DNA of 64,000 nucleotides from an uncultured Gemmatimonadales bacterium (lineage in GTDB: Bacteria; Gemmatimonadota; Gemmatimonadetes; Gemmatimonadales; GWC2-71-9). Below, one piece after another: positions 8,269-16,768 of this stretch (the stretch's first letter is position 1; every line of letters begins with the position of its first letter). The notes below the pieces were generated by a model. The model ran no database searches, had not been told where the DNA came from, and worked only from the letters and a program-made list of their open reading frames with translations. Both the position numbers and the translations under genes were made by a program. The DNA lies in the NCBI GenBank assembly GCA_963795085.1, contig CAWCFX010000001.1, positions 536,864-600,863 of the forward strand, in the 5' to 3' direction.

Positions 8269-9212
8269 GGCATGACCAGTTCGCCGCGGAGGTGGCGGCT
8301 TAGACCGGTGGCACCACGAAAGGCGGCGGTCCGCGCCGCCATCCGGTTGGCGGTTGCCAGCGCATCTTCCACCGTGTCGCCCGCCAGGAGCCGCCCGGCC
8401 ATGGTGCCCCCGAAGACATCGCCGCAGCCGGTGGGGTCCAGGGCTTCCACCGCCGGAGCGGGGACCAGTGCGGTACGCACCGAGCCGCCGGCCGGCCGGC
8501 CCCGGTGGGCCAGCCGCTCGAACCCCGGGGCCGCGACGTAGGCCGCACCCCGGGCGCCCAGCGTGACCGTCAGCAGGGACACCCCGGCCTCCAGCGCCTG
8601 GGAGGCCAGCGAGAGCGGGTCGGGAGACAACTGGTGCATTTCGTCCTCGTTCATCTGGACCATGTCGAAGCAGCTGAACCAGAGCGGCGCCTGGGGCAGC
8701 GGCTGCAGCCGGCGGATGCCATCGGGGTGCATGGCCAGCAGCAGGCTGTGAAAGTCGGCATAGATGGGGCCCGGAAATCCCTGCCGCAGCGCCTGGGCAG
8801 TGCCCAGGCCCATCTCGAACCCGGAAATAAAATTTACGTAGAGCGCGTCGAGGTCCCGCACCATGGGCCCCAGTTCCGCCCAGGTCCAGCCGGGCACCCC
8901 GCCGGACATCCGCTCGCATCGGCGGGCCGCCGACTCATACCGGAGCGTCACCCGGTTGTTGGGTACCGGGACCTCCGCGCACCGGGTGCCCGGCGCCAGG
9001 CGTTCCAGGGTGCCGAGAAACCGGGCCGCCTCCCCGGAGAGGTCGCGCCCGACCTTGATGAGCGGAACGATCCGCCAGTCGTCGGTAAGCGCCGCATCGA
9101 TGCCGGAGAGGCCGTAGGCGATGCCGCCCCACTCCTCCACCGGGGGCGCGCTGGGATCCCGCCCGTAGATGAGATCCCAGACCATGCTGCCGACGACCCC
9201 GACCTTCTTCAT
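8265..9212 (-). CDS. PfkB-family carbohydrate/nucleoside kinase
   Basis: C-terminal DPTGCGDVFGG motif of the ribokinase/PfkB family; length is about 315 aa. Confidence 0.8.
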   Translation of the reverse strand: MKKVGVVGSMVWDLIYGRDPSAPPVEEWGGIAYGLSGIDAALTDDWRIVPLIKVGRDLSGEAARFLGTLERLAPGTRCAEVPVPNNRVTLRYESAARRCERMSGGVPGWTWAELGPMVRDLDALYVNFISGFEMGLGTAQALRQGFPGPIYADFHSLLLAMHPDGIRRLQPLPQAPLWFSCFDMVQMNEDEMHQLSPDPLSLASQALEAGVSLLTVTLGARGAAYVAAPGFERLAHRGRPAGGSVRTALVPAPAVEALDPTGCGDVFGGTMAGRLLAGDTVEDALATANRMAARTAAFRGATGLSRHLRGELVMP

Positions 9213-9257
9213 AGTAACGAATGCCTCACCCGCCGCGGCCCGCCGGCAGCTACATGA

Positions 9258-10265
9258 CTAGGATGCCGCCGGCCGGTCGGTGGACCGGGAGGCCGGGGAG
9301 ATCCGCTGTTCGATAAACGCCCGGGCGGCTCCGTACACGCCGGCCGTGCCCGACAGCTCGCCCGGCAGCACCCGGAGTGCATCCACCGCCGGCTTGAAGG
9401 CCCGGCGTGAGATCTCCCGGCGGAGCGGCACGAAGAGGCTGTCTCCGGCGTAGGTAACGCCGCCGCAGACCACCACGACCTCGGGGTTGAAAATATTGAC
9501 CAGGCTGGCGATGCCGGCGCCCAGGAACTTGGCGGTGTCGCCGACGACTTCCAGGGCCAGCTTGTCGCCGTCGTGCGCGGCATCGTACACCGTCTGGGCG
9601 GTGATCGCCTCCAGCTGCCCGTCCACGTACCCGGGCAGCGACGTCTCGTAGCCGGACTCGATGGCCTCCCGCGCTCTCCCCGCGATCGCCGGCCCCGATG
9701 CGTAGGCCTCCAGGCACCCGTAGTTCCCGCAGTTGCAGCGGCGCCCGTTGACCTCGATAGTCATATGGCCGATCTCGCCGGCGCAGTCGGAGTGGCCGTG
9801 GTACAGCCGGCCGTGGCAGATCAACCCGCCGCCGATGCCGGTGCCGATGGTGACGCCGATGGCGATCCGGGTCCCCCGGGCGGCGCCCATCCACCACTCG
9901 CCCAGCACGGCGCAATTGGCGTCGTTGTCGAGCGCGGTGGGCAGCCCGACGCCCTCCTGGATACGGGCCCGGAGCGGCATGTTGACCCAGCCGAGATTGG
10001 GGGTCAGCAGGACTATGCCGGTCTTGGTATCCAGGGGGCCGGGCGCCCCGACCCCGATCCCGATGACAAGGGCCTCCGGGTCCGCCCGCCGGCACTCGGC
10101 GATGGCGTGCCGGGCCATCGCCACGATGCGTCCGACCACTGCGTCCGACCCCTCGTCGGCCCGGGTGGGCTCGGTGTGCAGGGCCAGCAGCCGGGACCCG
10201 TCCTCGGCCACGCAGCCGGTGACCAGGTTGGTGCCGCCGATATCAATGCCGACGATGTAGTTCAC
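9258..10265 (-). CDS. ROK-family glucokinase
   Basis: VGIDIGGTN ATP motif, the ROK signature, and the zinc motif CNCGNYGCLEAY. I placed the start at the GTG at 10265 because the longer ATG at 10343 would overlap the GT9 C-terminus. The start is uncertain. Confidence 0.85.
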   Translation of the reverse strand: MNYIVGIDIGGTNLVTGCVAEDGSRLLALHTEPTRADEGSDAVVGRIVAMARHAIAECRRADPEALVIGIGVGAPGPLDTKTGIVLLTPNLGWVNMPLRARIQEGVGLPTALDNDANCAVLGEWWMGAARGTRIAIGVTIGTGIGGGLICHGRLYHGHSDCAGEIGHMTIEVNGRRCNCGNYGCLEAYASGPAIAGRAREAIESGYETSLPGYVDGQLEAITAQTVYDAAHDGDKLALEVVGDTAKFLGAGIASLVNIFNPEVVVVCGGVTYAGDSLFVPLRREISRRAFKPAVDALRVLPGELSGTAGVYGAARAFIEQRISPASRSTDRPAAS

Positions 10266-10275
10266 GGAGCTGGCC

Positions 10276-11284
10276 TCACGGTTGAGTCCACCCTTCGCCG
10301 ATCGCGGCAACGGCTTCCACCACCGCGCCGACGTCCAGTTCACGCATGCAGCGGTGATGGCCCAGCGGACACACCGCCGGCCCGTGGGCCGAGCAGGGGC
10401 GGCAGGCGAGCCGGGGGTGCTCCACCACCCGGTCGCTCCTGCCGCGGGGTCCGAACCCGAACGCCGGAAGGGTCGGCCCGAAGATCGCCACGACCGGAGT
10501 GCCCATCGCGGTGGCCATGTGGAGCGGCGCCGAATCGTTGGTGACCAGCAGGCCGGCCTCGCCGATCAGCGCGCTGGACCCGCGGAGCGAGAGCATGCCC
10601 GCGGCGTTGTGAACCCGGTCTGCCGCCGGCGCCGGCGATGGCCTCGCCCAGGTCCCGGTCTTCGGGGCCGCCCACTACCACGGCGGGAACCCGGAGCCGC
10701 CGGGCCAGATCGGCATAGTAGGGCCATTTCTTGGTCCCCCAGATGGACCCGGGCGCCAGCGCGATGAACGGCTTCTGGACTCCGTGACTCGCCAGCCAGC
10801 GGCCCGCCTCGTCGTGGTCTTCCGGTGCCAGTCCCAGCGCCACCGGCGATTCCTCCCCGGGGCCGCCGAGCGCGAGCAACCGTTCCACTTCGTGGCCCAC
10901 CTCGTCCCGCGGCACCGTCTGCGTGTACAGGAGCGTGCTGCCATCGGCAAACCCGATGCGCTCGGGGATCGACGCCAGCCGGGCCAGCGCGCCGGAACGC
11001 CAGGAACGGTGGGGAAGGTACGCCCGCTGATAGTGGCGCTTCCGCAGCGACCGCACCAGTCGAAAGAATCCAGAGACTCCGCGATCCCGGCCCCGCTTGT
11101 CATAGCGGATCACCTCCCGCACCGCCGGATGCCGCTCGATCAGCGGGGCCGCCGCCGGGGTAGTGACGATATCCACCGGCCCGTGTTGCCGGGCCAGTGC
11201 GGCCAGCAGGGGCGTGGTCAGGATCACGTCCCCCAGGAACGCCGTCTGGATCACCAGGACGCCCCCCGCCCCCGGACCGGTCAC
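10276..11284 (-). pseudogene. glycosyltransferase family 9 (heptosyltransferase-like), interrupted by an apparent 1-nt frameshift
   Basis: The N-terminal 220 aa in the frame of ORF 10340..11284 are GT9-like (VIQTAFLGDVILTTPLL..., ALAPGSIWGTKKWP). The conserved C-terminus (LLVTNDSAPLHMATAMGTPVVAIFGPT) is in the frame of ORF 10276..10596. The frame switch lies near 10597-10640. Confidence 0.8.
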
Positions 11285-11335
11285 CAGTTAGCCATTACTC
11301 ATACCCGTCCCCTGTCACCAGTCACCTCTCACTAC

Positions 11336-13136
11336 TCAGTCCACCTGCAATACCGCCAGAAACGCCTCCTGCGGAATCTCCACCGCGCCCACCTGCTTCA
11401 TCCGCTTCTTGCCCTCTTTCTGTTTCTCCAGCAGCTTGCGCTTCCGGGTCACGTCGCCGCCATAGCACTTGGCCAGCACGTCCTTGCGGAGGGCGGAGAT
11501 AGTTTCCCGGGCGATGATCTTCTGCCCGATGGCGGCCTGGACGACCACCTGGAACAGCTGCCGGGGAATCAGTTCCTTCAGCTTCTCGGCGACCTTGCGG
11601 CCCCATTCGTAGGCCTTGTCGCGGTGGATGATCACGCTGAAGGCGTCGATCTGGTCGCCGTTGATCAGCATGTCGAGCTTGACCAGCTCGGACGCGACGA
11701 AGCCGCCCATCTCGTAGTCGAACGAGGCGTAGCCCCGGCTCAGGCTCTTGAGCTTGTCGTAGAAGTCGAGGACGATCTCGCCCAGCGGGAACTCCCAGTC
11801 GAACTCCACCCGGGTCTGGTCCAGGTACTTCATGCCGAGGTACACGCCCGCGGCGGTCCTGGCCCAGCTTCATGATGGCGCCGATGTAGTCGGCCGGCGC
11901 CATGATGCGGGCCTTGACGAAGGGCTCCTCGATCCGGTCGATGCTGGCCGGGTCCGGCAGCAGGGTCGGGTTCTCCACGTGCAGCATGGTGCCGTCGGTC
12001 ATGTACACGTGGTATTCGACCGTGGGCACGGTGGAGATCAGGTCCAGGTTGAATTCCCGCTCCAGCCGTTCCTGCACGATCTCCATGTGGAGCAGGCCGA
12101 GGAAGCCGCAGCGGAACCCGAAGCCGAGGGCGGTGGAAGATTCCGGCTCGTACTGGAGGCTGGCGTCGTTGAGCCGGAGTTTCTCCAGGGCGTCGCGAAG
12201 CGGCTCGTACTGGTCCGAGTCGGTGGGATAGAGGCCCGCGAACACCATGGACTTGACGTCCCGGTAGCCGGGCAGCAGCTCGGTCGCCCGGTTGGCGGCG
12301 TCCAGTACGGTATCGCCGACCCGGCTGTCGCCCACGCCGCGCAGGTTGGCCACCATGTACCCGACCTCGCCGGCCTCCAGCTGTTCCACTTCCCGCTGGC
12401 CCAGCTGCAGGTAGCCCACTTCGTCCACCGTGTACACGTCCTCGGGGTGGGCGCCGAAGGCGACCTTCATGCCGCGGCACAGCCGGCCGTCCACCACCCG
12501 GATGCTGGGGATGGCGCCGCGGTAGCGGTCGAAGTAGGAATCGAAGATGAGGGCCCGGAGCGGGGCACCCAGGTTGCCGCGCGGGGGAGGGACCCGGGCC
12601 ACGATCGCCTCCAGCAGGGCGGGTACCCCGGTCCCGTCCTTGGCCGAGACCTGGAGGATCTCCTCCCGCCGCGCGCCGATCAGGTCCCTGATCTCCTGGG
12701 CCCGCCGCTCCGGCTCGGCGCCGGGGAGGTCAATCTTGTTGAGCACCGGGATGATCTCGAGCCCGGCGTCCAGCGCCAGGAAAAGATTGGACAGGGTCTG
12801 GGCCTGGATTCCCTGGGAGGCGTCCACCACCAGGATGGCCCCCTCGCAGGCATTGAGCGAGCGGGAGACCTCGTAGGTGAAGTCCACGTGCCCAGGGGTG
12901 TCGATCAGGTTGAGTTCGTACTCCTGGCCATCGCGCGCCTGGTACGCCATGCGGACCGCGTTGAGCTTGATCGTGATGCCGCGCTCCCGCTCCAGGTCCA
13001 TGGTGTCGAGGAGCTGCTCGCGCATGAGCCGCTTTTCCACCGCGCCGGTGGCTTCGATCAGCCGGTCGGCGAGGGTGGATTTCCCGTGGTCAATATGGGC
13101 GACAATGCAGAAATTCCGGATGGTGGATCGTGACAT
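11336..13136 (-). CDS. lepA: elongation factor 4 (LepA) with an apparent 1-nt insertion near 11846-11849
   Basis: N-terminus [18 protein letters not shown] and DTPGHVDF. The C-terminus (YLGMKYLD...[10 protein letters not shown]...[25 protein letters not shown]) continues in the frame of ORF 11336..11845. Confidence 0.9.
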
Positions 13137-13164
13137 GCGGGGAATATAAACCGCAGGCCGACCC

Positions 13165-13509
13165 CTAGCGGACCTCCAGTTCCTCCAGCCGGGCCATGGC
13201 CCGCCGCAGGTGGGGAATCACGATGCTGCCCCCCACCACGAGGGCGATGGAGAAGACCTCGAGGAACTCCTCGCGGGTGGCGCCCTCCTGGTGGCAGCGC
13301 TCGACATGGTACGTGATGCAGTCGTCGCAGCGCAGGACCATGGACGACACCAGGCCCAGCATTTCCTTGGTCTTGACCCCCAGCGCGCCGGGTTCGTAGG
13401 CCCGGTGGTCCAGCGCGAAGAACCGGTTGATCGTGACGTTCCCGGCGCCCAGGATGACGTCGTTCATCCTGGAGCGGAAGGCGTTGAAGTCGGCGAGAGA
13501 ATCGGACAT
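13165..13509 (-). CDS. carboxymuconolactone decarboxylase / AhpD-like family protein
   Basis: 114 aa with the CxxC-type motif RCDDCITYH, in an AhpD-core-like context. Confidence 0.8.
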   Translation of the reverse strand: MSDSLADFNAFRSRMNDVILGAGNVTINRFFALDHRAYEPGALGVKTKEMLGLVSSMVLRCDDCITYHVERCHQEGATREEFLEVFSIALVVGGSIVIPHLRRAMARLEELEVR

Positions 13510-13522
13510 GAAAGGGAAGATA

Positions 13523-13582
13523 GAATGAGAAGTGAGCAGTGAGAAGTGAGAATTGGAAGGGCCTTCTCACTTCTCACCTCCC
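13523..13582. repeat. GTGAGAA-type low-complexity hairpin (terminator-like)
   Basis: gtgagaagtgagaa (13539-13552) pairs perfectly with ttctcacttctcac (13564-13577), with an 11-nt loop. It sits between the M28 stop (13595) and the next gene start (13509). Confidence 0.85.
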
Positions 13583-13594
13583 ACGGCACCCAGC

Positions 13595-15103
13595 TCAGGG
13601 GGTGGCTTCCCCCTGCTCCACGATCTGCCGGTAGGACTCCGGGTTCCACTGGGGGCGGGCCGTCGTGTTGCCGATCTCCTGGCCCAGGTGATAGAGGAGC
13701 TGCAGCAGCCGGGCTTCCTTTTCGCCGTCGATCTTGTCGGGCGAGTCGGACACCTTGTGGTAGTCCTCGTGGAGGCCGCTGGTGAAGAAGAGCACCGGGA
13801 TGCCCTTGCGGGCGAAGTTGTAGTGGTCGGAGCGGAAGTACAGCCCTTCTTCCGGCCAGATATCGTCGATGGGCCGAACACCCAGGCCGGCATGGGCCCC
13901 GGCCACCCGGGTGAGCGTGCTGCCCAGGTCGGAGTGCTGCATCCCGATGGCCACCACCGTGTCCTTCCAGTTCCGGCCGATCATGTCCAGGTTCAGGTTC
14001 GCCACCATGTCCTTGAGGGGCACCGTCGGGTGCTCGACGAAGTAGTTGCTTCCCCACAAGCCTTTTTCCTCGCCGCTCACCGTAATGAACAGCAGGGACC
14101 GCCGGGGGCGGGCGCCCTGCTGGCTGAAGGCTTCGGCCAGCTCCAGCACCCCGGCAGTCCCCGAGGCGTCGTCGTCCGCGCCGTTGCTGATGCTGTCCGG
14201 CTGGCCCGGCTGGATCCCGATATGGTCCATGTGCGCGGAAACCACCAGGTACTCGTTCCTGAGCACCGGGTCGCTGCCTTCCAGGATCCCGATCGTGTTC
14301 GGCACCATGGTGGTGCCCAGGGTGGTGTGCCGCAGGTTCAACTCCGCGGACCAGTCCGGGAGGGGTTCGATGAGGGTCCCGGTAGCCGAGCGCAGGTTGG
14401 CGAACTGCTCCGCGGCCTCCGGCACCTGGGCAAGGATCGCCTGTTCATGCACCTCGATGACGAGCGGTCCGCCCTCCGGTGAATTGCTCAGACTGACCTG
14501 TTCGCCCAGGCGCCGGTCCCGTTCCGAGGTGAAGCTGGCCGAATCCCGGTTGGACACCACCACCAGGAACCTGGCCCCGTGGCCGACCAGGCTTTGCAGC
14601 ACCAGGCCCGCATTGCCCGGCAGCTCCCGGGTAAAGTCCAGCGGCCAGACCACGACCTTGCCTTTCACCTCCTCCTCGCTGATTTCGGCCGGATCGGGAG
14701 TACCGCCCAGCATCACCATGGGGCCGGTCACCGGCTCCGCGGGGGCTTCGCCGAAGAGCACTATGGCGTCCCGGGCGAAGAACACCGGAATGGTCCGGTC
14801 GCCCCGGAACACGATGGTCGAGGTCGGGTCGAGCCGGGTCCGGTACAGGGGGTAGTGCTGAATGAAGGTGCCGCTGTCGCCCCCCGGCTTGAGCCCCATT
14901 TTCCGGAACTCGGCCGCCACGTACCGCGCCGTGAGGTCGAGCCCCCGGCTGGGCGTGTCCCGGCCCAGCATCGAGTCGTGCGCGATCACGCCGACCCGGC
15001 GGGACACATCGGCGGCGGTAATAGTGGCGGCCGCGCCGGAGGGCGCGGTCTGGGCGGCTGCGGGGGCAGCGGCCATCAGGGCGAGCAGCAAAATCCGGCG
15101 CAT
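13595..15103 (-). CDS. M28-family secreted aminopeptidase (paralog A)
   Basis: Signal peptide MRRILLLALMAAAPAAAQ, with GAGGA 8 nt upstream of the ATG at 15103 (alternatives at 15112 and 15130). Motifs NGADDDASGTAGVLELA and SGEEKGLWGS. Confidence 0.8.
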   Translation of the reverse strand: MRRILLLALMAAAPAAAQTAPSGAAATITAADVSRRVGVIAHDSMLGRDTPSRGLDLTARYVAAEFRKMGLKPGGDSGTFIQHYPLYRTRLDPTSTIVFRGDRTIPVFFARDAIVLFGEAPAEPVTGPMVMLGGTPDPAEISEEEVKGKVVVWPLDFTRELPGNAGLVLQSLVGHGARFLVVVSNRDSASFTSERDRRLGEQVSLSNSPEGGPLVIEVHEQAILAQVPEAAEQFANLRSATGTLIEPLPDWSAELNLRHTTLGTTMVPNTIGILEGSDPVLRNEYLVVSAHMDHIGIQPGQPDSISNGADDDASGTAGVLELAEAFSQQGARPRRSLLFITVSGEEKGLWGSNYFVEHPTVPLKDMVANLNLDMIGRNWKDTVVAIGMQHSDLGSTLTRVAGAHAGLGVRPIDDIWPEEGLYFRSDHYNFARKGIPVLFFTSGLHEDYHKVSDSPDKIDGEKEARLLQLLYHLGQEIGNTTARPQWNPESYRQIVEQGEATP

Positions 15104-15135
15104 GAAGGTCATCCTCAGGAGAATTGGCATGTCGG

Positions 15136-16653
15136 TCACCGGGAGCCGGCGCCTTCCACGATCTGGCGGTAGCTCTCCGGGTTCCACTTGGGCCGCTGGG
15201 GCGCGTTGGCGATGTCCTGTCCGACGTAGAACAGGAGCTTCAGGATTCGGGCTTCCTTCTCTCCGTCGATCTTGTCCGGCGAGTCGCTGGGCCGGTGATA
15301 GTCTTCGTGCACGCCGTTGAAGAAGAAGAGGACCGGAACGCCCTTCCGCGCGAAGTTGTAGTGGTCGGAGCGGCTGTAAAAGTTCTCCTGGGGCCACCGG
15401 TCGTCGATCGCGGTCATCCGGAGTTCGGGGTGCGCGTCGTTGACCCGCTGCAGGGTGGGGCCCAGGTCGGAATGCTGCCGGCCAATGGCCACGATAGTGT
15501 CCTTCCAGTTCCGCCCGATCATGTCGATGTTGATGTTCGCCACCAGGTTCTCTACGGGCACCGTCGGGTGTTCGGCAAAGTACTGGCTGCCCCAGAGTCC
15601 CTTTTCCTCGCCGCTTACCGTAATAAACAGCACCGAGCGTTTCGGCGGCGCCAGGCTGAACGCTTCGGCCAGCTCGATCACCCCCACGGTGCCGGAGGCG
15701 TCATCGTCGGCGCCGTTGTTGATGCTGTCGGTCCGTCCGGTGGAAATGCCCACGTGGTCCATGTGCGCCGAGAAGACCAGGAATTCATGGCGGAGCAGGG
15801 GATCGGTGCCGGTCACGATCCCGATGGTATTGGGGGCGGTCGCCTCTTCGAGAATGGCCTGCTTCAGGTCCGCCATAATGGTGAGCCCCGGGACCGGCTG
15901 GTGGACGAACGTGCCGGTCTTGCGGAGGGCGGCGAGATCCAGGCCGGCGCCGGCCAGGAGCGAGCCCACCGACCGGTCGTGCACCTCCACCACCGGTACC
16001 CCCGGTGCGCTGGCCCCTTCGATGGTCAGCCGGATGCCGCCCTGCCGCCGCATTTCGGTCGCGAAGGTCGCCGAATCCCGGTTGGAAACCACCACGACGG
16101 CCCGCGCCCCGCCCTGCACGGCCGCCCTGATCATCCGGGTGGCGTTGAGCGGGAAAGGGCCGCCGGAACGATCCGCGACGACCAGCGCCACCTTGTTCCG
16201 CACTCCATCACCCAGGGCGACGGTAGAATCCCAAGTGCCGGCGAGAACCACTGCGGGGCCCCCGGCCTCATTGGCCGGAATGCCGCCGTAGAGAAAACGG
16301 GCATCGCGGGCCAGTTCGGCATGGTGATGCGACCCGTTGATCATGAAGCCGATGTGCGAGGCCTCAAGGTCCAGGCGGGTCCGGGTGATCCGGTAGCGCT
16401 GGAACCAGCTGCCGTCTGCCCCGCCGGGCTTGAGGCCGAAACGCTTGAATTCGTCGGCCACGTACTGTGCCGTCATTTCCAGGCCCTTGCTTGGGGTGTC
16501 CCGGCCCAGCATCGAGTCATGCGCGATGATATGAACCCGGCGCATGACGTCGGCGGTGGTGATCGTAGCCGCCGCCTGGTCCAGGGCCCGGTTGGGGCTC
16601 TGGGCGGACAGCGGCGTGGCGAGCAGGAACAGGAACAGAGTGGGTCGGTGCAT
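15136..16653 (-). CDS. M28-family secreted aminopeptidase (paralog B, tandem to A)
   Basis: ORF trimmed to MHRPTLFLFLLATPLSAQ at 16653. Motifs NGADDDASGTVGVIELA and SGEEKGLWGSQYF. Collinear with paralog A. Confidence 0.8.
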   Translation of the reverse strand: MHRPTLFLFLLATPLSAQSPNRALDQAAATITTADVMRRVHIIAHDSMLGRDTPSKGLEMTAQYVADEFKRFGLKPGGADGSWFQRYRITRTRLDLEASHIGFMINGSHHHAELARDARFLYGGIPANEAGGPAVVLAGTWDSTVALGDGVRNKVALVVADRSGGPFPLNATRMIRAAVQGGARAVVVVSNRDSATFATEMRRQGGIRLTIEGASAPGVPVVEVHDRSVGSLLAGAGLDLAALRKTGTFVHQPVPGLTIMADLKQAILEEATAPNTIGIVTGTDPLLRHEFLVFSAHMDHVGISTGRTDSINNGADDDASGTVGVIELAEAFSLAPPKRSVLFITVSGEEKGLWGSQYFAEHPTVPVENLVANINIDMIGRNWKDTIVAIGRQHSDLGPTLQRVNDAHPELRMTAIDDRWPQENFYSRSDHYNFARKGVPVLFFFNGVHEDYHRPSDSPDKIDGEKEARILKLLFYVGQDIANAPQRPKWNPESYRQIVEGAGSR

Positions 16654-16768
16654 GAGACTCAGGCTCGTGGGCTGGGGTGGAGGTCTTGAGGCCGGGTGGA
16701 CAATAGCCGCGCCCGGCCGGGTACGGTACGGCCGGGCGCGTGGCATGTTTCAGTCGGGAGCGCCAGTT

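Noticed and set aside
6833-8919. Long versions of the DUF4325-like (437 aa) and GHKL (515 aa) ORFs.
   Set aside because: The N-terminal extensions are Arg/Pro/Gly-rich and overlap the upstream genes by hundreds of nt. Internal ATGs forming ATGA overlaps with the upstream stops give domain-complete proteins.
11840-11860. A programmed ribosomal frameshift in lepA.
   Set aside because: There is no slippery heptamer or downstream stimulatory structure. The break lies in a G/C run, and a second similar break occurs 1.3 kb away in another gene, which favours a sequencing or assembly indel.
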